From an uncultured Mycoplasmatota bacterium (GTDB lineage: Bacteria; Bacillota_I; Bacilli_A; RF39; UBA660): a stretch of DNA of 64,000 nt. A program made the position numbers and the translations under genes. The notes beneath the pieces are model-generated. The model saw only the letters and a program-made list of their open reading frames with translations. It had not been told where the DNA came from and did no database searches. Every line of letters begins with the position of its first letter. The stretch's first letter is position 1. The stretch is taken from NCBI GenBank assembly GCA_937944975.1, contig CALEBF010000012.1, positions 17,748 to 81,747 on the forward strand, in the 5' to 3' direction. Below are positions 39,025-48,577 of the stretch, one piece after another.

Positions 39025-40377
39025 ATGGGAAAACACAATAGAAAATCATTAAACAAAAAAAGTGTAATTGTTTTATATGCAAAAAAGTATATGAAGATTA
39101 TAGTAGGAATTGTTATCACGTTGATTGTGATAATTTGTGTTGCGACCATGTGGAACCAAGAACGGTTGAAAACGATTGCTGCTGATGTAAGAGAAATTAT
39201 GGAAAAAAATGACCTGACACAAGGACTTTTCCATATCAAAGGAAGTCGAGTTTATTATGAAGATAATGATAAGAAAGAACTAGTGGGTACACTACCTCTC
39301 TTTGGATGGGTAAATGGATATGTGCATTTGACGGAAAATAATGAAATGATTCGTATTTGGAATCATGGGTGGATTACATATAAAAATTATAATCAAAAGA
39401 ATATGAAAACTAGTCTGTTGTTTGCAAATCAAATGCTTACGTACAACACGATGGAAAATGAACAAGTATTTATTGTTCCTTCTACTGGAACTTATAAAAT
39501 AGAGTTATGGGGAGCAAAAGGCGGAGAATCTACTGCTTACCGTGATACGAATCCTTATGTTGGAAAAGGAGCTTATGTTTCAGGAGAAATCTTTTTGTGG
39601 AAAGGTGAGAAACTTTATTTACAAGTTGGATCAAAAGGGGAAGATGGAGAAAAGATTGAAGATTTGAGAAGATTTACTGCCTTTGGATATCCTTCTTCCG
39701 GTGGTAAAGGAGGATATAATGGTGGTGGAGACGGAATGGATGATTCTGAATTAAGCGCCGGCGGAGGTGGCGGAGGAGCTACCGATATTCGTCTAGTTTC
39801 TGGAAATTGGGATGACTTTGATTCTCTTAAGTCACGTATTATGGTTGCCGGAGGTGGCGGAGGAATGAGTCGGTTATATACTTATACTAACACTTCATAC
39901 GCGGATGCTGGATCAAGTGGATCTGGTGGAACTACAGAGGGTATAAAAGCGAAAGTGGTTTTATTTGATGACAATATATATGGTTATGGTTCTACACAAA
40001 CAGAAGGTTATCAATTTGGTGTTGGAGAAAATGGAGAATGGTGCTTATCTACATTAAATGGCCTTGGTGGAGGAGCTGGAGGTTATATGGGATCTCACTC
40101 CGGTGCTTGTAATAAAACAGACTGGTATCTTCCAACAGGTGCTGGCGGTGCTTCTTCATATGTATCTGGATGCAAGAATTGTAAGGCAATTAAAGAATCA
40201 TCTACAGAAGATAATTTAGAATTCGAAAAGAACAGTACTCATTATTCGGGCAAAAAATTTAAAAATATCGTTATGATCGATGGTGATAGCGAGATGCCAA
40301 GTACGAAGGATACGAAAAAGAAAATGACTGGTAATAATGGCGATGGTTATGCACGTATTACAAAGGTAGGTTGGTAA
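39025..40377 (+). CDS. glycine-rich membrane-anchored protein (Gly_rich-like domain)
   Basis: Own promoter (TTGACA 38967, TATAAT 38990). N-terminal TM. TGTYKIELWGAKGG start, followed by repeated GGGGGG tracts. Confidence 0.5.
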   Translation: MGKHNRKSLNKKSVIVLYAKKYMKIIVGIVITLIVIICVATMWNQERLKTIAADVREIMEKNDLTQGLFHIKGSRVYYEDNDKKELVGTLPLFGWVNGYVHLTENNEMIRIWNHGWITYKNYNQKNMKTSLLFANQMLTYNTMENEQVFIVPSTGTYKIELWGAKGGESTAYRDTNPYVGKGAYVSGEIFLWKGEKLYLQVGSKGEDGEKIEDLRRFTAFGYPSSGGKGGYNGGGDGMDDSELSAGGGGGGATDIRLVSGNWDDFDSLKSRIMVAGGGGGMSRLYTYTNTSYADAGSSGSGGTTEGIKAKVVLFDDNIYGYGSTQTEGYQFGVGENGEWCLSTLNGLGGGAGGYMGSHSGACNKTDWYLPTGAGGASSYVSGCKNCKAIKESSTEDNLEFEKNSTHYSGKKFKNIVMIDGDSEMPSTKDTKKKMTGNNGDGYARITKVGW

Positions 40378-40378
40378 C

Positions 40379-41503
40379 ATGATAGATAAGAGATTTATAT
40401 ATTTTGTTTTAGGGATTATTTTAGTTTTTATCGTATTAGAGTTTCTGCTTACCTATGTGCCTTTTTTAGAAAAAGAAACTGCGTATGCTTCGTTTGTAGA
40501 ACAAACAGATAAAATAAAAAAAGAAAAAGTAAATGAGATTACTGAATATCAGTTTGATAATGGCAATTTATATCGGACGCCAACTGGAGATATTTTTGGT
40601 TCCTGGGAGTATCCTAATTTCTGTATCGTTCAAGAATATCCAAGTAAAAAACCTGTGATTACAAGTGAATGCGAAAAAATCACTTATGATATTGCAGCAA
40701 AACATATAGAAAAGACAAGCGATACAAAAGATCTATTAGATGATACGGAAGTAACCGGGAAAGATACGACAAAGCCATTTAGTAGTAAAAAATACTTTGT
40801 AGGGACAAATCCTAATAACTATTTATATTATTCTGGTAGTTGTTATCGAGTTGTAAATATCGCTCAAAATGATACTGTGAAAGTTGTTTACGAGGGAATT
40901 GCAAATTCTGATGGAAGTTGTACTGATGTTGCTGATAATAATTCAGGAATGGTTATGCTTTATACTTGGGATGAAAATAAACAAAGATCTGGTAACTTTG
41001 AGAATGCTTCTACGTTAAAAGGAAATCTCGATCGTTTTTATGAAGAAGAAGAGATCAATACAGTAGCTATGAAGCAACCGATTGATACCAGTGTTATCGC
41101 AATGGCCGATTGGTATATTGGAAAAGTAAACGAAGGCAATACGACGTTACTTGAAGATATACAAAATGAACGAAGCGAAATATCAACGACACAGTTTCCA
41201 TTAGGGCTTTTAAATAATAGTGACTATTTAAAAATATCATGTCAAACATCTGGAGGTAAATCGACTACAGATTGCTCTAAGAATAACTATTTATATAAGT
41301 CAAAATATCAATGGTGGATGATCAACTATGGTGAAGAAAAAGATGCATGGTTTGTTCATAAAGATGGTACGATGAAGTCAGATACAATTGGTTATTCTCA
41401 TGAATATCGATTTAGTGGCGTTAGGATGGCATTCTACTTAAAAGCAGACACTTTACTAACTGGAAATGGAACGGAGAATAGCCCATATCGCATTATTAAA
41501 TAA
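40379..41503 (+). CDS. membrane-anchored extracellular protein, unknown function
   Basis: Coupled to the upstream gene (1-nt gap). N-terminal TM. C-terminus ...YQWWMINYG....AWFVHKDGT......YGVRMAFYLK resembles C-terminal modules of some Firmicute surface proteins. Confidence 0.45.
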   Translation: MIDKRFIYFVLGIILVFIVLEFLLTYVPFLEKETAYASFVEQTDKIKKEKVNEITEYQFDNGNLYRTPTGDIFGSWEYPNFCIVQEYPSKKPVITSECEKITYDIAAKHIEKTSDTKDLLDDTEVTGKDTTKPFSSKKYFVGTNPNNYLYYSGSCYRVVNIAQNDTVKVVYEGIANSDGSCTDVADNNSGMVMLYTWDENKQRSGNFENASTLKGNLDRFYEEEEINTVAMKQPIDTSVIAMADWYIGKVNEGNTTLLEDIQNERSEISTTQFPLGLLNNSDYLKISCQTSGGKSTTDCSKNNYLYKSKYQWWMINYGEEKDAWFVHKDGTMKSDTIGYSHEYRFSGVRMAFYLKADTLLTGNGTENSPYRIIK

Positions 41504-41511
41504 TAAATGAT

Positions 41512-41541
41512 AAAACCAATATCTCGCTATATTGGTTTTTA
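41512..41541 (+). terminator. rho-independent terminator
   Basis: AAACCAATAT-ctcgct-ATATTGGTTT followed by TT. Confidence 0.65.
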
Positions 41542-41618
41542 CATGTGATTTACAAACTGCTTGACAACTAGAATCATTCTTGTATAATATTTTTTTGTTA
41601 ATAAGGGGGGTGGATGAA

Positions 41619-42239
41619 ATGTTATTGATTGAAAAAAAGAAAACATTGTATAAAAAAATGCTTGCTATAGCGCTTGCTACTACTGCTACATTAGGAATGA
41701 CTGGATGCAATAATAACGAAATAGGTTCAGAAGAAGAATATTCTGATGTCATGATGAATAATGGTTCGAGATATGATGATAAAACATTTCAACAGGAACC
41801 GTTGAGTAAAAAATATTTACCCGAAGCTATTATGGATAGCACTAAAACAAAGCTTTTAGCAACTGGTACATATATTGATGCAGAGGATTTAAACGAGATG
41901 CCGGATGAGAAGACGCTTGAATTGAATGATCAGGCAATTTGTTATTGGTATTCAAGTAGTACAGAACAAAACGGAGAATTAGTGAACACAAAATATGCGT
42001 TGTCATACCCAGAGTTTTTATATCCTGATGGTGCTGCTACAGTTATGAAAGAAGAAGGAAAAGACGTAATCCATTTTCTTGGAATTGAGATTGTCGATAT
42101 CATTGATTATCAAAAAGACAAGGATGGAGATTACGAGAAATACATTCAACTTGAATCAAATGAGATTGTATCTGCTGGGCGTGTCTTGTCAGAAAGTAAG
42201 ATAGAGGAATTAGATGGAAATCAAAAAGTATTAAAATAA
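41619..42239 (+). CDS. lipoprotein, paralogue family member B
   Basis: Promoter TTGACA/TATAAT near 41560-41590. AAGGGGGG RBS and ATG at 41619. Lipobox GMTGC. Paralogous to 38271 and 42330. Confidence 0.5.
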   Translation: MLLIEKKKTLYKKMLAIALATTATLGMTGCNNNEIGSEEEYSDVMMNNGSRYDDKTFQQEPLSKKYLPEAIMDSTKTKLLATGTYIDAEDLNEMPDEKTLELNDQAICYWYSSSTEQNGELVNTKYALSYPEFLYPDGAATVMKEEGKDVIHFLGIEIVDIIDYQKDKDGDYEKYIQLESNEIVSAGRVLSESKIEELDGNQKVLK

Positions 42240-42265
42240 GATGGAATTGATTTCCATTTTTTTGT
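42240..42265 (+). terminator. rho-independent terminator
   Basis: ATGGAA-ttgatt-TTCCAT followed by TTTTTT. Confidence 0.65.
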
Positions 42266-42329
42266 TTGACAAGTATTTAGAATTGAGATACTATGATATT
42301 AGATAAAAGATTAAAGATTGAGGGGTTTT

Positions 42330-42893
42330 ATGATGCAAAACATTGTTAGATATAATCAGGCATTTAGAGAAAAACTTTTCAGTAGAAGTTCTGAGCTTGT
42401 CTTGAATAAGGCTATTTCTTTGGAAGAGGATGACAATGTTTCTTATTTACCACATACGACTATGAGTAAAGAAGAGACTAATCAGTTAATCCTTTGTCAA
42501 GAAATTAAAGTTGAAAATTTGAAAAAGATGCCTAATGAAAAAGTATTAGATGAACGTATGATGACATTAGCATATCATTACCGTACGTTATTGGATCGAA
42601 ATGGAAAACTAGAACCTCTCGATTTGAAAGTGACAGTAGGCGAACCTCTTCGCAATGATCAATTATTTCGAAAGCGGTGTTATTTGGAGAATGGTAAACT
42701 GTATGATCTCCACTATGTTTTTGATGCGATTTCAATTCATCCGGTGTTTCGATATTATCAATTAAGAGAAGATCAGGAAGGAATTTTTTATAAATTAGGT
42801 ATTGTCAATGGAAAAGAACTTCCATGCGGTGTGGTAAAATCTCCTAAAAAAGTACGTGAATTAAGTCAAAATTACTACATACAAACAATTTAG
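42330..42893 (+). CDS. cytoplasmic paralogue (family member C) of the two lipoproteins
   Basis: No signal peptide. Shares the TMSKEET...L.KMPNEKVL.E....AY.......NG block. Own TTGACA promoter. Confidence 0.45.
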   Translation: MMQNIVRYNQAFREKLFSRSSELVLNKAISLEEDDNVSYLPHTTMSKEETNQLILCQEIKVENLKKMPNEKVLDERMMTLAYHYRTLLDRNGKLEPLDLKVTVGEPLRNDQLFRKRCYLENGKLYDLHYVFDAISIHPVFRYYQLREDQEGIFYKLGIVNGKELPCGVVKSPKKVRELSQNYYIQTI

Positions 42894-42904
42894 AAGATAT
42901 ATTA

Positions 42905-43140
42905 TATTCTTGACGTTTGATAGAAAATCTTATATACTAAGAGTAGATTTCAGATGAAGTGGAAGAGTATAAAAAGATACACTTTAAAGAGACGATATGG
43001 TTGGTGAAAATATCGAGTGTTATTTTTAGAAGACACCATGGATGAAAACGTAGTCTTTGCGTTAAAAAGAGCGAGGTAGAGAAGTCTATGAAATAAGGTG
43101 GTACCGCGCGATCAGCGCCCTTATATCTAGCTTCTTTTTA
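42905..43140 (+). promoter_or_regulatory. T-box riboswitch leader
   Basis: Conserved T-box sequence AAGGTGGTACCGCGCG at 43095-43110, followed by a short GC hairpin and a T-run. hisS-aspS operons in Firmicutes are classically T-box controlled. Confidence 0.55.
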
Positions 43141-43158
43141 TTGTTTAAGGGGGATTTT

Positions 43159-43695
43159 ATGGAATTGCAGGAAGCGATCAAAAACCGGAGAAGTGTTCGC
43201 AAGTTTAATGAAGAGAATGTCTCGAAAGAAGAAATCATGAAAATTTTGGAAAGTGCTCGTCTAGCACCCTCTGCCAAAAATATGCAACCGTGGCATTTTG
43301 TCGTATTAAGAAACGAGCAAATAGAGCACGTCTATCAAATGATGGTAGAAAAAATGGAAAAGGATGAGAGTGCGCGTGGAGCAGAGCCCACTTCTCGAAC
43401 AGTGAGAAGAGCGAATACTTTGATTTTAGTATTTAATACGATGCCTGATGATAGTACGATCAACATGGAACAATCGATTGGAGCTGCAATTGAACACATG
43501 CTTTTAACTGCAACAGAACTTGAGATTGGTAGTGTATGGATTCGAATGACATATATTATCGAAGATGAATTACGAGATTGTTACCATATGGATGGTATGC
43601 GGTTGAGTGCAACTGTAGCGCTTGGACATTACGATGAATTACCTAGTCCAAGACCTAGAAAAGAATTAGAAGATATCATGACTTGGTATGAATAA
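43159..43695 (+). CDS. nitroreductase-family protein
   Basis: N-terminus IKNRRSVRKF, typical of NfsB/NfnB-like nitroreductases. AAGGGGGA RBS. Confidence 0.7.
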   Translation: MELQEAIKNRRSVRKFNEENVSKEEIMKILESARLAPSAKNMQPWHFVVLRNEQIEHVYQMMVEKMEKDESARGAEPTSRTVRRANTLILVFNTMPDDSTINMEQSIGAAIEHMLLTATELEIGSVWIRMTYIIEDELRDCYHMDGMRLSATVALGHYDELPSPRPRKELEDIMTWYE

Positions 43696-43707
43696 AGGAG
43701 GAAGAAT

Positions 43708-45033
43708 ATGATACAAAAGCCAAAAGGAACTTATGATGTGTATGGAACACAAGGGGAAAAAATATTATATTTAGAAAATTTATTAGCATCTCTAATGGAA
43801 AAGTATAATTATCAGTACTTACGTACACCGCTCTTTGAACAGAGTGATCTATTTCACCGTGGCGTAGGAGAGACAACTGATATTGTAACCAAGGAAACAT
43901 ACGATTTTACTGATCGCGGAAATCGTAATATGACGTTACGTCCAGAAGGGACGGCTGGAGTTGTCCGCAGTTTTATCGAAAATAAAATGTATGGAGATCC
44001 AACACAACCGATTAAAACTTGGTATTATGGACCGATGTATCGTTATGAAAGACCACAAGCGGGAAGATTTCGTGAATTTTATCAATTTGGCGTAGAGGCA
44101 TTCGGTAGCAACGATCCGATGTTAGATGCTGAAATTATTAGTATTCCAGTTAATTTTTATCGTTTACTTGGATTAAAAGGGATCAAAGTAAATATCAATA
44201 GCCTAGGAGATACAGAATCACGTTTAAAATATCGTGAGGCGTTACTAGATTATTTTAAACCTCATTTAGACGAGCTTTGTGAAGATTGTAAGTCTAGATA
44301 TAAGAAAAACCCACTTCGTATGTTAGATTGTAAAGTGGATGCTGAAAAAGAGATTATGAAAAAAGCACCAAAGATGAAAGATTATTTGACGGAAGAGAGT
44401 AAGAAACATTTCGAGCTTGTGAAGAAATATTTGGAAGCGATGAATATCGAATATATAGAAAATCCAAACTTAGTGCGTGGTCTTGACTATTATACTTATA
44501 CAGTATTTGAAGTCGAAGCTGCCGTAGAGGGGTTTGGTAGCCAAAATGTATTATGTGCGGGTGGAAGATACAATGATCTCGTACGTACGATTGGTGGACC
44601 TGATACGCCAGGGGTTGGATTTGCACTTGGTATGGAAAGACTTCTTACTGCATTAGAATATGAGCATATCGAACTTCCGATCGAATCAGGAGTAGATGTA
44701 TATGTTGTGCCAATCGAAGAAGCGCAAAAGCCATATGCGGCATCTTTAGTACAAGCACTTCGTATGACGGGATACAAAGTAGAGACTGATTATATGAATC
44801 GAAGTATGAAGAGTAATTTTAAAATGAGCGATCGCGTCAGTGCGAAATATGTCATTTTACTTGGAGAGACAGAAGTTGAATCAAATGAATTAACTGTAAA
44901 AGATAACCGTACAAAACAAGAATATAAAGTGATGTTAGAAGATATCGTCGATTTTTTAGATCAGAATTTAGATGGTGAGGTCCACGAATGTCATTGTGGG
45001 GGAAACTGTCATTGTCAAAAGGAGGAAAAGTAG
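43708..45033 (+). CDS. hisS: histidine--tRNA ligase
   Basis: Class II motifs (motif 2 FRYERPQAGRFREFYQ; GGRYD motif 3) and C-terminal anticodon-binding domain. Confidence 0.9.
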   Translation: MIQKPKGTYDVYGTQGEKILYLENLLASLMEKYNYQYLRTPLFEQSDLFHRGVGETTDIVTKETYDFTDRGNRNMTLRPEGTAGVVRSFIENKMYGDPTQPIKTWYYGPMYRYERPQAGRFREFYQFGVEAFGSNDPMLDAEIISIPVNFYRLLGLKGIKVNINSLGDTESRLKYREALLDYFKPHLDELCEDCKSRYKKNPLRMLDCKVDAEKEIMKKAPKMKDYLTEESKKHFELVKKYLEAMNIEYIENPNLVRGLDYYTYTVFEVEAAVEGFGSQNVLCAGGRYNDLVRTIGGPDTPGVGFALGMERLLTALEYEHIELPIESGVDVYVVPIEEAQKPYAASLVQALRMTGYKVETDYMNRSMKSNFKMSDRVSAKYVILLGETEVESNELTVKDNRTKQEYKVMLEDIVDFLDQNLDGEVHECHCGGNCHCQKEEK

Positions 45034-45034
45034 T

Positions 45035-46351
45035 ATGAATCGAATTAAATTAAAGGACTTAGATCAATATTTTGGGAAAGAAATAGAAGTACAGGCATTC
45101 GTTGAAAATATTCGCGATTTACAGTACGTTCAATTCGTTATCTTACGTGATGGAAGTGCGACAGTGCAGATGACGATTGAAAAAAGCGAAGAGAAGAATG
45201 CATCATTGGTTGAACTTTTTAAGGAATTACCTCTTGAAAGTACGATCAAGGCCAAAGTACTTGTCTCTGAAAATCCTAAAGTGAAATTACGTGGAATGGA
45301 ATTGTTACCGATTGAAGTAGAAGTGACGAGTCGTTCTAAAAACGAACTTCCAATCGATTTAAAAGATAAAGAAAAAACGCTGAGAGAGACGAGATTAGAT
45401 TATCGTTTCTTAGATTTACGTCGCAAGGATAATCATCTTTTATTCGAATGTGAGACTTATCTAGAACATATGATGAGAGAGTATTTTATCGCTCATGAAT
45501 ATATGGAAATACACTCTCCTAAAATTGCTGCAGGGGCTGCTGAGTCTGGTGCGGAGGTATTTAAGATCGATTATTTTGGAGAGGAAGCTTGCCTTTCACA
45601 ATCACCACAATTTTACAAACAAATGGCGATTGCTGCTGGGTTTGATCAAGTATTTGAGATTGGCCCTGCGTTTCGTGCTGAAAATTCTCATACAAGTTAT
45701 CATGCAACCGAGATTAACATGGCCGATGTAGAAATCGGATGGATCCATTCATTTGAAGATGTCATGGATATGGAAGAAGAATTTTTAAAGTATGTCATTT
45801 CTAAATTGAACGAAAAATATGGAGAGGAGATCAAGTCTACATTCCATGTCGATTTAGTTGATACGAGTATTCCATTTGCCCGTGTTACATTTAATGAAGC
45901 AAAACGTATTTTAAAAGAGGAATGCAATTTTGTAGGAGAAAGAGAAGATGATTTTGAACGTCAAGAAGAAATGCTAATTTGCGAGTATTTTAAAAAGAAA
46001 ACGGGAACAGATTTTGTCTTTGTAACGAAGTTCCCATTTGCTGCACGACCTTTCTATCATATGCTTGATAGTGATGGAAACACATGTAGTTACGACTTAT
46101 TATTTAGAGGAATTGAACTTACGACAGGAGCACAAAGAGAACATCGTAGAGATATTTTAGAACACCAAATGATCGAAAAAGAGATCGATCCAAAGTCTCT
46201 TGCGTTCTATCTTGAATTCTTCGAGTACGGATGTCCACCACATGGAGGATTCGCAATCGGAATCGGACGCTTTATGATGCAATTATTCAATATTGATAAT
46301 ATTCGTGAGGCTACATTTATCTATCGTGGTCCTACGAGGTTAAATCCTTAA
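45035..46351 (+). CDS. aspS: aspartate--tRNA ligase, short archaeal/eukaryal-type class IIb
   Basis: QSPQFYKQ flipping-loop signature of AspRS. About 439 aa, with no bacterial insertion domain. hisS-aspS synteny. Track ORF extends 5' into hisS. ATG at 45035 after GGAGGA. Confidence 0.7.
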   Translation: MNRIKLKDLDQYFGKEIEVQAFVENIRDLQYVQFVILRDGSATVQMTIEKSEEKNASLVELFKELPLESTIKAKVLVSENPKVKLRGMELLPIEVEVTSRSKNELPIDLKDKEKTLRETRLDYRFLDLRRKDNHLLFECETYLEHMMREYFIAHEYMEIHSPKIAAGAAESGAEVFKIDYFGEEACLSQSPQFYKQMAIAAGFDQVFEIGPAFRAENSHTSYHATEINMADVEIGWIHSFEDVMDMEEEFLKYVISKLNEKYGEEIKSTFHVDLVDTSIPFARVTFNEAKRILKEECNFVGEREDDFERQEEMLICEYFKKKTGTDFVFVTKFPFAARPFYHMLDSDGNTCSYDLLFRGIELTTGAQREHRRDILEHQMIEKEIDPKSLAFYLEFFEYGCPPHGGFAIGIGRFMMQLFNIDNIREATFIYRGPTRLNP

Positions 46352-46427
46352 GAAAGCTAGTGAATTTTCACTAGTTTTTTCATGCGTTTTTCACAGAATC
46401 GGTGTATAATGAATGAGAGGTGATACT

Positions 46428-47102
46428 ATGAAGATACTTGTTGTAGATGATGAAGCACTCATTCGCTCTGTCGTAATAGAATATGTAGAAAACGAAGGAT
46501 ATGAGGTGGTCGAAGCAGAAAATGGTTTAGATGCGGTAGAAATCGTTCGTAACGATCCATCTATCGATCTTATGATATTAGATATCATGATGCCTAAGAT
46601 GGATGGGTATACTGCATATGAAGAGATTAAGAAGATACGTAACCTTCCGACGATTATGCTTTCTGCAAGAGGAGAAGAGTACGATAAACTCATGGGATTC
46701 CAACTTGGAATCGATGACTACTTAACCAAACCATTTAGTCCAAAGGAACTGGTTGCACGTATGAAGGCAGTTATGAAGCGTTATCTAGAAAGAACCGAGG
46801 GGGACTTATTTCATTATAAAGGACTTAAGATTGATTTTAAAGGCCGTGTTGTTACCATAGATGAAGAGGAAGTAAAATTGACTCCAAAAGAGTATGAATT
46901 ATTGACATACTTTGTTACAAATCCTAATATTGCACTCTCTAGAGAGCAGCTTTTAAATCAAATTTGGGGGTATGACTTTTTTGGAGATGATCGAACGATC
47001 GATACACACGTTAAGATGTTGCGTAACAATTTAGGACCATATCGTGATTTGATTGTAACCGTTAGAAGTATGGGGTATAAGTTTGAAATTAAAGAAAAAT
47101 AG
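46428..47102 (+). CDS. OmpR-family response regulator
   Basis: Receiver domain (VVDDE, phospho-Asp region DIMMP) plus winged-helix C-terminus. TGtTATAAT at 46403. Confidence 0.85.
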   Translation: MKILVVDDEALIRSVVIEYVENEGYEVVEAENGLDAVEIVRNDPSIDLMILDIMMPKMDGYTAYEEIKKIRNLPTIMLSARGEEYDKLMGFQLGIDDYLTKPFSPKELVARMKAVMKRYLERTEGDLFHYKGLKIDFKGRVVTIDEEEVKLTPKEYELLTYFVTNPNIALSREQLLNQIWGYDFFGDDRTIDTHVKMLRNNLGPYRDLIVTVRSMGYKFEIKEK

Positions 47103-48480
47103 TTTAGGGGTTAAGATATGGCTGTATCTCTGTTTATTCTCGCTTTTGATTTTAGTGTTTCTATGGTTATTTCAGGTTCTCTTTCTAAATACATATTATG
47201 AATGGGTCAAAAGTAAACAGATTCGTACATTAGCCTCTGATTTAAGAAACCAGTATAAAGATAATGATTGGACGGAACTTTTAGATGATATGGCTTATGA
47301 AAAGGGAATTTGTATTGAAGTATCGAAAGATAATCGTACGATATATACCTCATCTGCTTTCAATCGTGGTTGTATGATTAACAGTGATCGAAATCCTAGT
47401 ATTTTATATTATAAAAACGATTTTATAGAAAGTGGAAAAAGAAAGAAAGAGTACGAGCTGATCAATCCGGCTTTAAATAATAAGACGTTATTTTATGGAA
47501 TTAAACTAGATCAAGATACGTATGGATTTATCAGTGCTTCTCTAGAACCTTTAGACGAGGGAGCACGCATTATTAAAAGTCAGTTAATTTATGTATCGAT
47601 CGGTGTTTTTGTTCTTTCTTTGTTGATCGGATACGTCTTATCAAAAAAACTTTCCAGACCGATTGTCAAAGTAAATAAAACAGCGCTCAAAATGGCAGAA
47701 GGAAATTACGATATTACGTTTAAAACCGAAGAAGATATCGATGAAATCAATCAATTAGTACAGACATTGAATCATGCGAAAGATGAGCTATCTAAGACGG
47801 AAGAATTAAGAAGAGATTTGCTTGCAAACGTAGGACATGATTTAAAAACACCACTTACGATGATCAAGGCATATGCGGAAATGGTGCGAGATCTTACTTA
47901 TAATAAAAAACAGAAGAGAATTCAAAATTGTAATGTCATTATAGAAGAAGCGGATCGCATGACGGGGCTCGTTAATGATATCGTAGATTTATCACAACTA
48001 CAATCACGTGTCTTAGAGATGCATATGGAACGATTTAATATTACGGAGCTCGTTTATACAATTTTAAAACGTTACGATATTTTAAAAGAAAAAGAAGTTC
48101 TTAAGTTTGTATTCGATGAAAAGAACGATTACTATGTATATGCAGATAAAAAGAAGTTAGAACAAGTCATCTATAATTTGCTTAACAATGCAATCAATTA
48201 TACTGGTGAAGATAATACAGTAACGATTCGCTTGATTCCAAAAGAAGATGTGATCCGAGTTGAAATTTCAGATACTGGAAAGGGAATTAAAGAAGAGGAC
48301 TTACCTCACATTTGGGATCGTTATTATAAAAATAGTAAAAAGCATAAACGAAATGCAGTAGGTACGGGAATTGGTCTTTCTATCGTCAAAAATATTTTAA
48401 TCAATCATCATTTTGAATATGGTGTGATTTCGAAAAAAGGAAAAGGAACGACTTTCTATTTTGAAGCAACGAAAAAATAA
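47083..48480 (+). CDS. sensor histidine kinase
   Basis: Two TMs, HAMP-like region, H-box ANVGHDLKTPL, and N/G boxes (NLLNNAINYT; GTGIGLS). Confidence 0.85.
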   Translation: MKLKKNSLGVKIWLYLCLFSLLILVFLWLFQVLFLNTYYEWVKSKQIRTLASDLRNQYKDNDWTELLDDMAYEKGICIEVSKDNRTIYTSSAFNRGCMINSDRNPSILYYKNDFIESGKRKKEYELINPALNNKTLFYGIKLDQDTYGFISASLEPLDEGARIIKSQLIYVSIGVFVLSLLIGYVLSKKLSRPIVKVNKTALKMAEGNYDITFKTEEDIDEINQLVQTLNHAKDELSKTEELRRDLLANVGHDLKTPLTMIKAYAEMVRDLTYNKKQKRIQNCNVIIEEADRMTGLVNDIVDLSQLQSRVLEMHMERFNITELVYTILKRYDILKEKEVLKFVFDEKNDYYVYADKKKLEQVIYNLLNNAINYTGEDNTVTIRLIPKEDVIRVEISDTGKGIKEEDLPHIWDRYYKNSKKHKRNAVGTGIGLSIVKNILINHHFEYGVISKKGKGTTFYFEATKK

Positions 48481-48577
48481 TGTGCAAACATTGTTTTTTT
48501 TGTTTCACCGAACTTTCATGAAAACGTCAATTTCTCTTCGCTTTTTCTACATAGAATAGAAGAGGAAAGGAGATCAT

